Shown: positions 8,662 to 19,002, numbered from the stretch's first letter. The stretch: DNA of 56,551 nt from Sneathiellales bacterium (GCA_022360775.1 JAKSCD010000118.1:1-56551); one strand, 5' to 3'. The notes: generated by a model from the letters alone, not told the origin. Made by a program: numbers and translations.

Positions 8662-9956
8662 ATAACTGCTTTTTCCAACCCGCACCAGTTTGCAATAAAC
8701 AGGGCAGTTGCTTTGGTAATTCGCCGAACGGATTCCAGTTCAACCCGTTCATTAAAGCCGTGAATACCATCACATTTTGGTCCATAGACCAGAGCAGGTG
8801 TATCAGCATATAGGCCAAAAAACCGGGCGTCAGTGGTTGCTGTTGTCGGTACCTTCAAAAGTGTTTCGCCGGTTACTGTTTTATGGGCTTTTTCAAGGGT
8901 TTCAATAGCAGGAACCTTGTTTATATTCTGATGCTCTTCAAGGGAGTAGCCTTCTGCCTGGAAGCCGTGATAGACAATTTCAGGCGGATTGTTCCTCAAA
9001 AAACCGTTTTTGTTGGCGGCTTGAAGAATTGTTTGCTCCAGGTCTTTTTTTGCGGCTTCAATATCCTGACCCGGGAAAATGGCCATACGCACGTCAAAAA
9101 TACACCATGCAGGGACGGAACTCGCCCAGTCCCCTCCTTCGATTTTACCAATATTCAGGTTTAAGGGGTGCGAATGGTCCTTATAGGCAGAGTGGCGAAC
9201 CTCGGGTGCGTTCCATCTTGCTTCCAATTCATGCAAGGCAGAAATAAGCGGGATTGCCGCTTCGATGGCATTTGAACCGGAGCCCGCCTCTAATACATGA
9301 ACAGGAACTCCTTTTAGGTGAACCTGCAGCCAGATCACACCTATTTGCGCGCTGGTGAGACTTTCATTAAAGGGTTCAGGAATAAGCGCTGCATCTGCTT
9401 TATACCCTCTTTGCAGGCAGGCAAGAGCCCCATTTCCCGTACACTCTTCCTCAACAACGGATTGAAAGAAAACATCTGCTGCAGGCTGATATCCGAGTTT
9501 CCTTAAAGCATCCAGAGCATAGAGGTTTGATGCTATGCCTGCCTTCATATCAGCCGCACCGCGCCCGTAAAGCCATCCGTCTTTCACATAAGGGGTAAAC
9601 GGATCTTCATCCCACATGTCCAGCGGTCCTGTTGGAACAACGTCAATATGACCGTTCAGGATCAGGGATTTTCCCTTTCGGCTTTCCGAACGGTGGGTGC
9701 CGACTACATTTATTGCTTCATCATAGTCACCAATCACTGGTGAAAAACCTGGAAGATGAGCAATATCCTCTACTTTAACCTCCCATTGATCGACCTCATA
9801 TCCACGCTCTTCAAGTGTTGTTGCCATAAATTTCTGTGCGGATTGCTCGTTACCGCGCGTGGAAGGATGGCGGGTCAACTGCGATAGAAAGTCGATCTCT
9901 TCTTCAAAAAGGGTGTCAACAGCCTCGAGGATCTGGTTTTCAGGAATATCTTGCAT
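8658..9956 (-). CDS. ArgE/DapE-family M20 deacylase
   Basis: LNGHIDVVP, GRGAADMKAG, VEEECTGNG, IHGFNE. Confidence 0.92.
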   Translation of the reverse strand: MQDIPENQILEAVDTLFEEEIDFLSQLTRHPSTRGNEQSAQKFMATTLEERGYEVDQWEVKVEDIAHLPGFSPVIGDYDEAINVVGTHRSESRKGKSLILNGHIDVVPTGPLDMWDEDPFTPYVKDGWLYGRGAADMKAGIASNLYALDALRKLGYQPAADVFFQSVVEEECTGNGALACLQRGYKADAALIPEPFNESLTSAQIGVIWLQVHLKGVPVHVLEAGSGSNAIEAAIPLISALHELEARWNAPEVRHSAYKDHSHPLNLNIGKIEGGDWASSVPAWCIFDVRMAIFPGQDIEAAKKDLEQTILQAANKNGFLRNNPPEIVYHGFQAEGYSLEEHQNINKVPAIETLEKAHKTVTGETLLKVPTTATTDARFFGLYADTPALVYGPKCDGIHGFNERVELESVRRITKATALFIANWCGLEKAVI

Positions 9957-10039
9957 TGCGGACCCCTAATTTATTTTTCTATTCTTGCAAGAACGATAGT
10001 TGGATCGAAAACAGATCACAAGAACCGAGGGAGGAGTTT

Positions 10040-10327
10040 ATGAAAAAAGCCTACTGGATTGCCCATGTCACAGTGACGGACCCGGATCCTTATAAGCTTT
10101 ATGCAGAAGGGGCGCCCATTGCCTTTGAAAAATATGGCGCGTCAATTCTTGCAAGAGGAGGAGAGTTTCAGCAGATGGAAGGGGAGGGCCGTCCAAGAAA
10201 TGTTGTTATTGAGTTCGAAAGTCTGGAAAAGGCGATCGCCTGTTATAATTCTGAAGACTATCAGGCTGCCCGAAAACATCGTGAAAATGCAGGCATTGCG
10301 GATATTGTGATTGTCGAAGGCGTCTGA
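10040..10327 (+). CDS. DUF1330 family protein
   Basis: Start reassigned to ATG 10040 after GGAGGAG; LARGG...EG...RNVVIEF...YNSEDYQAA. Confidence 0.9.
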   Translation: MKKAYWIAHVTVTDPDPYKLYAEGAPIAFEKYGASILARGGEFQQMEGEGRPRNVVIEFESLEKAIACYNSEDYQAARKHRENAGIADIVIVEGV

Positions 10328-10391
10328 CAAGATGTGGACACCGCCTCGATAAAATTCTTGTGTTGCACAATATCACTTTTATAAGTCCCTT

Positions 10392-11225
10392 ATGTCTGAA
10401 ATTGATCTTAAAAAACAGCTTCGGGTTTTCGTGATCAATCGCGAAAAGGATGAGGTGCGACGCGAGGAAATGACAAAACGGCTGAACGACGTGGGGCTCG
10501 AGTTCGAGTTTTTCAAAGCTGTAGACGGTCATGCCATCGACGCCCGTAACTGCCCTGAATATGACGGAGAAAAAAGGCGACTGATTTTCGGACGCGATTT
10601 ATCTGCAGGCGAGATCGGTTGTCTGCTCTCTCATCGGAGTATTTGCCTGAAGATGATTGAAGAGACTATTCCCGTTGCCATGGTTCTTGAGGATGACACC
10701 CACTTAAAGCCTGAGCTGCCGGCGGTCCTGTCAGGGCTTCTCCAGATGGAGTTGAAATGGGATATGATCCGTTTTCTGAGCCGAAAGAAAGTGCTGTCAG
10801 GAACCCAGAGAAGAGTAGCAAGCCTGACACCTGAATATGATCTGGTGAGGATACAGGCGACCCCGGGAGGCGCCTACGCCTATCTTCTGACGCTTGATGC
10901 CGCCAAGGCAATTGCCGCTCATACGCAGCGAAACTGGCTCCCCATTGACGCGTTGCAATCAAGAACCTGGCAGCTTGGGCTTGAGGTTTTTATGACTAAT
11001 CCCTCTCCAGTGATTGTTGATAATGAAGTTCCTTCTACAATCGGGGATGTCCGTTTTGATAAAAAAGTCGAAATTTCAGGTGTGAAAAGGATTTTGCATC
11101 CATTTTTCCGGGCCTGGTTCAAGTGGGAAAATGGATGGAATAAACGCCGGGAGTACAAAAGAAAGCAGGATTTTGATGAAAAGCTGGCATTGGAAAATGG
11201 TTTGGGTGGACCGCAAAAGAAATAG
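10392..11225 (+). CDS. Glycosyltransferase family 25
   Basis: FVIN...RR, FFKAVDG, GEIGCLLSH, VLEDD, AYLLT..AA, PID. Confidence 0.9.
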   Translation: MSEIDLKKQLRVFVINREKDEVRREEMTKRLNDVGLEFEFFKAVDGHAIDARNCPEYDGEKRRLIFGRDLSAGEIGCLLSHRSICLKMIEETIPVAMVLEDDTHLKPELPAVLSGLLQMELKWDMIRFLSRKKVLSGTQRRVASLTPEYDLVRIQATPGGAYAYLLTLDAAKAIAAHTQRNWLPIDALQSRTWQLGLEVFMTNPSPVIVDNEVPSTIGDVRFDKKVEISGVKRILHPFFRAWFKWENGWNKRREYKRKQDFDEKLALENGLGGPQKK

Positions 11226-11267
11226 TGATTAGAAAGGGCGGGAAACGGCTTTGATAAGGGGCTACAA

Positions 11268-12044
11268 GTGAAAGCGGTAATTTTAGCAGGCGGTTTGGGA
11301 ACTCGGATTTCTGAAGAGTCCCATTTGCGGCCAAAGCCAATGATTGAAATTGGTGGAAATCCCATTCTATGGCATATCATGAAAATCTATGCTCATCATG
11401 GAATTACCGATTTTATTGTTTGCCTCGGCTATCGCAGTTATGTGGTGAAAGAGTATTTTGCAAATTACGTTCTGCACCGATCGGATGTAACGATTGATCT
11501 GGAAACCAACCAGATTGCCTACCACAAGGCAAAAGCTGAACCCTGGAAGGTCACACTTGTCGAAACAGGGGCGGAAACCATGACTGGCGGACGGCTCAAA
11601 CGGATTTCCCATCATTTGGAGCCGGGAGAGACATTTTGTATGACTTATGGAGATGGTGTTGCCGATATTGATATCTCGGCCTCCATTACCTTTCATAAAC
11701 AGCAGGGCCGTGAAGCGACACTGACTGCAGTGGCTCCTCCCGGGCGATTTGGAGCAACGGTTATCGAGCAGGGCAAGGTGACTGAGTTTGTCGAAAAACC
11801 AGCTGGTGATAATGGATTGATCAATGGTGGTTTTTTTGTTCTCGAACCTTCCGTCCTTGACAGGATTTCCGGAGATGAAACGCATTTTGAAGCTGAGCCA
11901 CTTACCACACTTGCGCAAGACGGACAGTTGTCGGCTTATCAGCATTCAGGATTTTGGCAGCCTATGGATACCCTGCGCGATAAGAATTACCTTGAAAGCT
12001 TGTGGGCGGAAGGAAATGCGCCCTGGGGAATTTGGAGAAAATGA
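11268..12044 (+). CDS. rfbF: Glucose-1-phosphate cytidylyltransferase
   Basis: ILAGGLGTRISEESHLRPKPMIEIG, TMTGGRL, TYGDG, FWQPMDTLRDK. Confidence 0.96.
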   Translation: MKAVILAGGLGTRISEESHLRPKPMIEIGGNPILWHIMKIYAHHGITDFIVCLGYRSYVVKEYFANYVLHRSDVTIDLETNQIAYHKAKAEPWKVTLVETGAETMTGGRLKRISHHLEPGETFCMTYGDGVADIDISASITFHKQQGREATLTAVAPPGRFGATVIEQGKVTEFVEKPAGDNGLINGGFFVLEPSVLDRISGDETHFEAEPLTTLAQDGQLSAYQHSGFWQPMDTLRDKNYLESLWAEGNAPWGIWRK

Positions 12045-13126
12045 ACAGAAACCGGGTCTGTTCAAGTTTCTGGAAAGGCAAGCGTGTCCTGCTGACAGGG
12101 CACACAGGATTTAAGGGTGCCTGGGCAGCGGCGTGGCTGACCAAGTTAGGGGCTGAAGTAACCGGAATAGCATTGGCACCGGAACAGGATCACTCCCTCA
12201 TTCGCTGCCTTGAAGAGCAGTTGAACATACAATCTCATATTCTTGATATTCGAGACGCCAGCAAACTGGACAAGATCGTAAAAAAGGCTAAACCGGAGGT
12301 TGTCCTGCATATGGCCGCACAAGCCCTGGTGCGGCGCTCTTACCAATTCCCTCTGGAAACCTATGAAACAAATGTCACGGGAACCCTTAATCTTCTCCTC
12401 AGCCTTCGTGAAACTGAAAACTTAAAAGCAGTACTCGTGGTAACCAGCGATAAGGTGTACCAGAATAATGAAGAGGGACGTCCTTTCGTTGAGACCGATA
12501 TTCTCGGGGGGGATGATCCCTATTCTTCCTCAAAAGCGGCATGCGAAATTGCGACGGCTTCAATGGCGAAGAGTTATTACGCAGATAAAAGCATTCGCAT
12601 TGCAACAGCGCGTGCGGGTAATGTGATCGGCGGAGGGGATTTTTCCGAGGACAGGCTTATCCCGGATATATGGCGCGCCGCAAATAAAGGTGACGCAGTT
12701 ACCCTTCGCTATCCGGACGCAACGCGCCCCTGGCAACATGTTCTTGAATCTATTTCCGGATACCTGATCTATCTGGAAGCTTTGTTTGCGGATGAGGATA
12801 ATGCGCTGCCAACAGCCTTGAATTTTGGTCCAGCCGAGCAGGAGGTGCTGACGGTTGGTGAGATCGCTTTTAATGTTCAAAAAGCGTTCGGGATCAATAG
12901 TGACTGGCAAAGGGTTAAAAGCGGTGAAAAGCTGCTCGCTGAAAAAGCCCATCTTGCTCTGGATGCGTCTCTTGCGGAAAAAGTTCTGGGATGGAAAGCG
13001 ACCTGGAACTCACGAGAAACACTTGAAAAAACTGTCGATTGGTATCGCCGATATAGTCAAGGCGATGATATGAAAACTGTAACTGATCGTCAGATTGAGG
13101 AATTTGAAGGTAGTCTTGATGACTGA
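12041..13126 (+). CDS. rfbG: CDP-glucose 4,6-dehydratase
   Basis: TGHTGFKG, HMAAQALV, TSDKVY, DPYSSSK, RAGNVIGGGD, RPWQHVLE; ATGA overlap with rfbF. Confidence 0.95.
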   Translation: MNRNRVCSSFWKGKRVLLTGHTGFKGAWAAAWLTKLGAEVTGIALAPEQDHSLIRCLEEQLNIQSHILDIRDASKLDKIVKKAKPEVVLHMAAQALVRRSYQFPLETYETNVTGTLNLLLSLRETENLKAVLVVTSDKVYQNNEEGRPFVETDILGGDDPYSSSKAACEIATASMAKSYYADKSIRIATARAGNVIGGGDFSEDRLIPDIWRAANKGDAVTLRYPDATRPWQHVLESISGYLIYLEALFADEDNALPTALNFGPAEQEVLTVGEIAFNVQKAFGINSDWQRVKSGEKLLAEKAHLALDASLAEKVLGWKATWNSRETLEKTVDWYRRYSQGDDMKTVTDRQIEEFEGSLDD

Positions 13127-14354
13127 AAAACTGAGCTGTCGTTTTTGCGGAAGTGCACTGACAGAAACATTTGTTGATCTTGGAAAAACACCGCTTGCGA
13201 ACAGCTACATAAAGGCAGAAGCCGATATTGCAAAGGAAAAATCCTATCCTTTGCATGCGCGCGTCTGTGCAGAATGTTTTCTGGTACAGGTAGAAGACGC
13301 TGTCCCTGCAGAAGATATTTTTTCGGACTACGCATACTTTTCTTCTTTTTCACCAAGCTGGGTAGAGCATGCCCGGCGCTATTCAGACGCTTTAACAGCG
13401 CGCCTGGGATTGAATGAAACATCCATGGTCATGGAAGTAGCCAGCAATGATGGTTACCTGCTTCGCCATTTTGTTGAAAAGAAAATCCCGGTTCTTGGTA
13501 TAGAACCTGCTGCAAATGTCGCAGTCGCTGCAGAAAAAGTGGGTGTAACAACTGAAGTGGCTTTTTTTGGCAAAGAAACAGCTGAACGGTTGGTCGAGGG
13601 CGGGAAAAAAGCTGATTTGATCGCTGCGAATAATGTTATGGCGCATGTGCCGGACATTAATGATTTTATCTCGGGTTTTCCCATCCTGCTTGCTGATGAG
13701 GGAGTGTTGACCGTTGAGTTCCCTCATCTTTTGAATCTGATTGAGAAAATTCAGTTCGACACCATTTATCATGAGCACTATTCCTATCTCTCCTTGCTGA
13801 CGGTGGAGAAAATGCTTGCTCGGCATGGGATGCGTGTTTTCGATGTTGAGGAACTCCCAACTCATGGTGGTTCCTTACGCGTTTTCGCTTGCAAGGAAGG
13901 CGCCCGCCATGCCGAAGGCTCCGGTTTGCAGGATATTCGCAGAAAAGAACAGGCAGCCAAGCTTGGCTCACTTGACGCGTATCATGGATTTACTCCATTT
14001 GTTGAAAAAGCGCGCGCTCAGCTTCTGGAGTTCTTAAAAGAAGCGAAAGAACAAGGAAAGACAGTGGCGGCATATGGTGCCGCAGCAAAAGGCAACACGC
14101 TCTTGAACTACTCTTCTGTCGGTCTGGATCTTATCAGTTTTGTCGCTGATAAAAATCCTGAAAAGCAGGATACCTTTCTTCCCGGAAGCCATATACCTGT
14201 TTTCGCACCTGAAAAAATCACTGAAGAAAAGCCGGATTATGTATTAATTCTTCCTTGGAACATTGCCGAGGAGATTTCCAGAGAAATGGCTCATATCCGA
14301 TCCTGGGGTGGACAATTTGCAATTGCAATTCCTGAATTTAGGCTTCTTGCATGA
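13119..14354 (+). CDS. NDP-sugar C-methyltransferase (Zn-binding + SAM domains)
   Basis: CRFC...CAEC, EVASNDG, FDTIYHEH, HGGSLR, YGAAAKGNT. Confidence 0.9.
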   Translation: MTEKLSCRFCGSALTETFVDLGKTPLANSYIKAEADIAKEKSYPLHARVCAECFLVQVEDAVPAEDIFSDYAYFSSFSPSWVEHARRYSDALTARLGLNETSMVMEVASNDGYLLRHFVEKKIPVLGIEPAANVAVAAEKVGVTTEVAFFGKETAERLVEGGKKADLIAANNVMAHVPDINDFISGFPILLADEGVLTVEFPHLLNLIEKIQFDTIYHEHYSYLSLLTVEKMLARHGMRVFDVEELPTHGGSLRVFACKEGARHAEGSGLQDIRRKEQAAKLGSLDAYHGFTPFVEKARAQLLEFLKEAKEQGKTVAAYGAAAKGNTLLNYSSVGLDLISFVADKNPEKQDTFLPGSHIPVFAPEKITEEKPDYVLILPWNIAEEISREMAHIRSWGGQFAIAIPEFRLLA

Positions 14355-14881
14355 TCTTTAATAAAACAGATATTGAAGGAGCCTGGCTTATTGAGCCGGA
14401 ACGGTTCGAGGATGAGAGGGGTTTTTTTACCCGTGCTTTTTGTCCTGCGGAGTTTGAAAAACAAGGCATTGAGTTTCATCCGGTTCAAAGCAATATTTCG
14501 AATAATAAAAAAGCCCTCACGTTAAGGGGAATGCATTACCACGCATCACCTTTCGAAGAGACAAAGCTTGTTCGCTGTACTTCCGGCAAGATTTTTGATG
14601 TTGTGGTTGATTTACGCCCTCATTCCGGAACCTATAAACAATGGGCCGGATTTGAGTTGAGCCGGGGCAATGGAAATGCCCTTTTTATTCCTCCGGGATG
14701 TGCGCACGGATTTTTAACTCTTGAAGAGGAAACCGATATTTTCTATCAAATGGGGCCGGCTTTCGTTCCGGGCTATGACAGAGGATTTCGATGGGACGAC
14801 CCGGTCTTTGAAATCGCCTGGCCGGACGAGCCAAAAATCGTTTCAAAAAAAGACAGGCAGCTACCTTTTTGGGCCGATTAA
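14351..14881 (+). CDS. rfbC: NDP-4-keto-6-deoxyhexose 3,5-epimerase (RmlC cupin)
   Basis: DERGFF, TLRGMHY, KLVRC..G.IFDVVVDLR, PPGCAHGF. Confidence 0.92.
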   Translation: MIFNKTDIEGAWLIEPERFEDERGFFTRAFCPAEFEKQGIEFHPVQSNISNNKKALTLRGMHYHASPFEETKLVRCTSGKIFDVVVDLRPHSGTYKQWAGFELSRGNGNALFIPPGCAHGFLTLEEETDIFYQMGPAFVPGYDRGFRWDDPVFEIAWPDEPKIVSKKDRQLPFWAD

Positions 14882-15076
14882 TTCTTTCCGTTTTGCCTCT
14901 TGGTCCTATTCTTGAAATTTCGGAAAAAACGGTTGATGAAATCAAGTCCGTAGGGTTATTTTAGCCTTATAAATTTGGCCCGCTTTTGCGCCGGAATGAG
15001 AGGCGCTTAGGCTTTGAAAATACAAAATTTCTCGTTAAATATCCTGATTGTTTAAAGGCATTGGTTGGAGAAGAGC

Positions 15077-15829
15077 ATGACTGCTCATGATGATAGAAAA
15101 GAATTCGAAGAAAACAAATCCCGCCAGTCCATTGCGCTCGGTAAAGACCAGGAAGCCTTCAGGCAATCAACCGACCTTCTCACCAAGCTGGATGAGTATG
15201 ATTATTCCTATCTGTGGAGCTGGATGGGAGTTCCCATTATCCAGATGCCAGCAGATATCATGGCTACCCAGGAAGTCATCTGGGCAACAAAGCCTGATGT
15301 GATTATTGAAACCGGAGTTGCCAGGGGAGGGTCCGTTATTTTCATGGCCTCCCTCCTCGAAGTGATGGGGCAGGGGCAGGTCATTGGTGTGGATATTGAT
15401 ATCCGCAAACATAACCGGCAAGCTATTGAAGAGCATCCGATGTCAAAAAGGATCACCTTGATTGAGGGGGGATCTGCTGATGAGGATATTGTTAAAAAGG
15501 TTGAAGCTCTGATCCCTGAGGGCGCCCGTGTCATGGTTGTTCTCGACAGTGATCATAGTCGCGATCATGTTCTTGCCGAATGCAGGGCGTATGGTCGTCT
15601 CGTGACCGAAGGATGCTACCTGGTTGTTGCAGATACATTGGTCGGTCATCTGGACGAGGAAAATGCACCCAAGAAGAGATCGAAGATATGGTATAAAGGG
15701 GATGAGCCTCTCTCTGCACTAAATGATTACATGTCTGAGTGTGATCGGTTCGAAGTTGATGAGGAATTGAACGGAAAACTTGTTCTCTCTTCTTCGCCAG
15801 GTGGATATCTTCGCTGTATTCGGCCATGA
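15077..15829 (+). CDS. CmcI-family (cephalosporin hydroxylase-like) putative O-methyltransferase
   Basis: WMGVPIIQMPAD, KPDVIIETGVARGGS, LDSDHSRDHV, PGGYL. Confidence 0.88.
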   Translation: MTAHDDRKEFEENKSRQSIALGKDQEAFRQSTDLLTKLDEYDYSYLWSWMGVPIIQMPADIMATQEVIWATKPDVIIETGVARGGSVIFMASLLEVMGQGQVIGVDIDIRKHNRQAIEEHPMSKRITLIEGGSADEDIVKKVEALIPEGARVMVVLDSDHSRDHVLAECRAYGRLVTEGCYLVVADTLVGHLDEENAPKKRSKIWYKGDEPLSALNDYMSECDRFEVDEELNGKLVLSSSPGGYLRCIRP

Positions 15830-16320
15830 CTGTATTGTTGCGAGACTTTCGGGAAAGCGATCATGATTGCATCTGGCAGATCCGTGCAGATACCGAGCTC
15901 CAACATTTGCTGATGGCAAACCCGGATCCCGATCGTATCGTTGATGTAAAGGCTTGGGTGGCACGGCGGCAAGAGCAGGGGCATCTGAAGGTTATCTCAA
16001 ATGATACGGAAGAGCCTTTGGGTTTTGTGCAAATACATAGTCAGAATTTCAAAAACCAACATGCCTGGCTTGGCATCGCGCTTCATCCCGATACGCAGGG
16101 TAAAGGCCTTGGAAAGAAAAGTATGCAGTTGTTGCATGACTACGCGAGAGGGTCTTTAGGGCTTCGAAAATTAATGCTGGAAGTCCGTCGGGATAATCAC
16201 CCGGCGATCAAGCTTTATGACGCCCTGAATTATGTGCGTGTTGGAGATTTCAAGAAACATTACTTTGATGGTGAACACTATCACGATGTGCTGGTTATGG
16301 AACGGATGCTGGTTGAATAA
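15826..16320 (+). CDS. GNAT (RimJ/RimL-like) N-acyltransferase
   Basis: QGKGLG acetyl-CoA loop; LRKLMLEV..DNHPAIKLY. Confidence 0.88.
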   Translation: MTVLLRDFRESDHDCIWQIRADTELQHLLMANPDPDRIVDVKAWVARRQEQGHLKVISNDTEEPLGFVQIHSQNFKNQHAWLGIALHPDTQGKGLGKKSMQLLHDYARGSLGLRKLMLEVRRDNHPAIKLYDALNYVRVGDFKKHYFDGEHYHDVLVMERMLVE

Positions 16321-17045
16321 TGGTGAAAGTTGTCATTTCGCAGCCAATGTATCTTCCCTGGGTTGGTTTTTTCTCCCAGCTTTCTCTGGCGGATGTCTTC
16401 ATTTGGCTGGATGATGCCCAGTTTTCAAAAGGGAGCTTTACTAACCGTGTCCAGGTGAAGATGGAAAGTGGCGTGAAATGGATGTCCATTCCACTTGCGG
16501 GAAAAGGAACCTATCAGGAAATTCGACAGCTATCGGCACAAAACAGAGATTGGCCGGATAAGCATCGTTCAATGCTATTACAGTCGTTTAAGGGGCAACC
16601 GGAACTGAAGAGAGCCTTAGAAATTTTTGACAGTTTGCCGTTTGCGGATGAGCTTGTCGATACATTGATTGCCTCTGTTGAAAAGCCTGCTGAGCAACTG
16701 GACATTCTTCCAAAAACGCTTTTGAAATCTTCCCAAATGAATGTGGAAGGTCATTCCTGGGAGCGTGTCTTGAAACTGGTTCAGGCTGTGGGGGGAACGG
16801 AATATATCACCGGGCATGGCGCAGCGCGTTATATGGATCACAACGCCTTTGAGAAAGCAGGTGTCGATGTATCCTATATGGATTATGATCCGCGTCCGTG
16901 GGACCAGAAACATGGTGAATTTACACCTTATGTCAATATACTGGATCTCTTCTCCTCGGTTCCTGTCGGAGAAGTGAAAGATTACTTTCAGCCGTCTACT
17001 CTTCCCTGGCAGGAGTTTATGAAACAAAGAGAAACTCAGCTATGA
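16320..17045 (+). CDS. WbqC family protein
   Basis: ISQPMYLPWVGFF, DDAQFSK..FTNR, YITGHGA, ILDL. Confidence 0.9.
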   Translation: MVKVVISQPMYLPWVGFFSQLSLADVFIWLDDAQFSKGSFTNRVQVKMESGVKWMSIPLAGKGTYQEIRQLSAQNRDWPDKHRSMLLQSFKGQPELKRALEIFDSLPFADELVDTLIASVEKPAEQLDILPKTLLKSSQMNVEGHSWERVLKLVQAVGGTEYITGHGAARYMDHNAFEKAGVDVSYMDYDPRPWDQKHGEFTPYVNILDLFSSVPVGEVKDYFQPSTLPWQEFMKQRETQL

Positions 17046-17875
17046 CCAATGACTTTTCTCAATATGCCAAAGGCTTTGCAGAAAACGGCTATGCAATCAT
17101 CAAAGGCTATTATAATGTTGCCGAGCAGGTTGAGCCTATTCGTCAACATATTCGGTGGATAATTGAAGCCCTTTGCAAAAAATATAGTGTGGCGGCGAAT
17201 ACTGAGACTGTCGAGGATGCGTTGAGTGAGGGATATCTGGCGCTTGCGAAAGCAAACAGGTCCTGGGGCGGTGAAGTCTATGATGCGGTGAAACAAATTC
17301 CTGCTTTTATGCAACTCGTCGCCGATCCCAGGAATGAAGCGCTGTTCAAGGCGTTAAGAGCCAATTCAACCCCTGGCCTTGCTGCAGGTGGATATGGCAT
17401 TCGCATAGATGCGCCAGGAGAAGAGAAGTTTCGAGCCCCCTGGCATCAGGAATTTCCTGCACAGTTAAGAAGCGTGGATGGTATCGTCTATTGGACACCG
17501 CTCATACCAGTTTTTCAAGAATTAGGCCCTGTTGAGTTAGCGGTTGCGTCTCATAAAGAAGGGATTGTTCCGGTGAAGTCAGACAACACTGACGGGAAAA
17601 CGGGGGCATATGCATTGCGCCTGGATCAGGAGGAAGAGCGGCTCGCTCGGTATGAACATGCTGCGCCATTAACAGAGCCTGGCGACCTGATCTTGATGGA
17701 TTTTCTGACACTTCATCAATCCGGGTTGAATAGTGCAGCGATCCCTCGTTGGTCTATTCAATTCAGATATTTTAATTTTGCGGATCCAACAGGTATAACT
17801 TTAAGCTGGAAGGGATCCTTCGCAGCGCAACAGGATTTCGCGGAAATTTTACCGGAGCTGGTGGCTAAACCATGA
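17042..17875 (+). CDS. Phytanoyl-CoA dioxygenase (PhyH) family Fe(II)/2OG oxygenase
   Basis: F.ENGYAII, PWHQE, WTPL, SHK, GDLILMDFLTLHQSG.N, R.SIQFRY. Confidence 0.85.
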   Translation: MTNDFSQYAKGFAENGYAIIKGYYNVAEQVEPIRQHIRWIIEALCKKYSVAANTETVEDALSEGYLALAKANRSWGGEVYDAVKQIPAFMQLVADPRNEALFKALRANSTPGLAAGGYGIRIDAPGEEKFRAPWHQEFPAQLRSVDGIVYWTPLIPVFQELGPVELAVASHKEGIVPVKSDNTDGKTGAYALRLDQEEERLARYEHAAPLTEPGDLILMDFLTLHQSGLNSAAIPRWSIQFRYFNFADPTGITLSWKGSFAAQQDFAEILPELVAKP

Positions 17876-18996
17876 AAAACTGCCGAGTATGCAACAGTCC
17901 CCTTGGGAAGCCGAATTACTTTGACAAGGCGCCAGCCATGACGTCATTGACAACATTAATTGATATTCCTACTGAAGTGTATGTGTGTGAAAATTGTGCG
18001 CATGTTCAGTCTCCTAACCTTCCTGATGTAAAAGCTTTTTACGATACCGAATATAAAATCTCCCTGCAGTCAGATGACCATGACCAGCTTTATGAAACGA
18101 AGAGCGGTGTACCGATCTTTCGAACTGCTCATCAGGCTGGACTGGTGTTGGATCTTGAGCTGCCCGAAGGGGCCAATATTCTTGATTTTGGCGCAGCAAA
18201 AGCAACAACGCTGAGAGCGGTTGTTGAAAAACGCCCGGATCTAGTGCCTCATGTCTTTGATGTTTCCAATGATTATCGTGAACACTGGTCGGAATGGGTT
18301 GCTGATGAAAATCAGGCAACATACGAATTGCCCGAGGATTGGAGGGGGCGCTTTCAGGCAATCACAGCACATTTCGTTATCGAGCATGTGGATGAGCCTG
18401 TTAAAATCCTGAAAAAGCTGGCGGCTTGCCTCGCCCCGGGAGGACAGCTTTTTTTCTCCGTACCTGATCCTCTCGGAAATTCAGGTGATCTGCTTGTTGT
18501 TGACCATCTTAATCACTTTACAGAAGCCAGCCTAAGATGGGCTTTACGTGAAAGCGGAATGCATGTCGATGGGATCTGCCAGTCATCCTTCAGGGGGGCT
18601 CATTGTGTTCGGGCAACCAGGCTGCCAGACGGAGAATTAAAGGCCTCGGAGATAGAAAAATCTGCAGAGCTTTCGGAAGCTAAAGAGAAGTTACAATGGT
18701 GGGCGGATGTACTTTCCCGACTTGAAGACGGGAAGAATTTTGCTATTTACGGTGCCGGATTTTATGGAACCCTGATCTCGAGCCGGTTAAAAGCCAGGCC
18801 GATATGTTTTCTGGATAGAAACCCTCACCTGCAAGGACAGACACATGTGGGCAGACCGGTTTTATCTCCTGAAGATTGTCCTGAGGAGGTTGAATTGATC
18901 TATTCCGGTCTGAACCCTGATCACGCGCGCGCTATTTTGGAAACACAAAATGAGTGGATGCCCGCCAAGGCACGGATCTCGTACCTCGCGGTTTAA
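17872..18996 (+). CDS. Class I SAM-dependent methyltransferase with N-terminal Cys pairs
   Basis: CRVC...CENC, ILDFGAA, HFVIEHV, LAPGG, C-terminal IYGAG. Confidence 0.82.
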   Translation: MKNCRVCNSPLGKPNYFDKAPAMTSLTTLIDIPTEVYVCENCAHVQSPNLPDVKAFYDTEYKISLQSDDHDQLYETKSGVPIFRTAHQAGLVLDLELPEGANILDFGAAKATTLRAVVEKRPDLVPHVFDVSNDYREHWSEWVADENQATYELPEDWRGRFQAITAHFVIEHVDEPVKILKKLAACLAPGGQLFFSVPDPLGNSGDLLVVDHLNHFTEASLRWALRESGMHVDGICQSSFRGAHCVRATRLPDGELKASEIEKSAELSEAKEKLQWWADVLSRLEDGKNFAIYGAGFYGTLISSRLKARPICFLDRNPHLQGQTHVGRPVLSPEDCPEEVELIYSGLNPDHARAILETQNEWMPAKARISYLAV

Positions 18997-19002
18997 AGGC
19001 TG

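Noticed and set aside
15077-15829. Cephalosporin/cephamycin biosynthesis
   Set aside because: Family name only; no beta-lactam genes, and the context is sugar modification.
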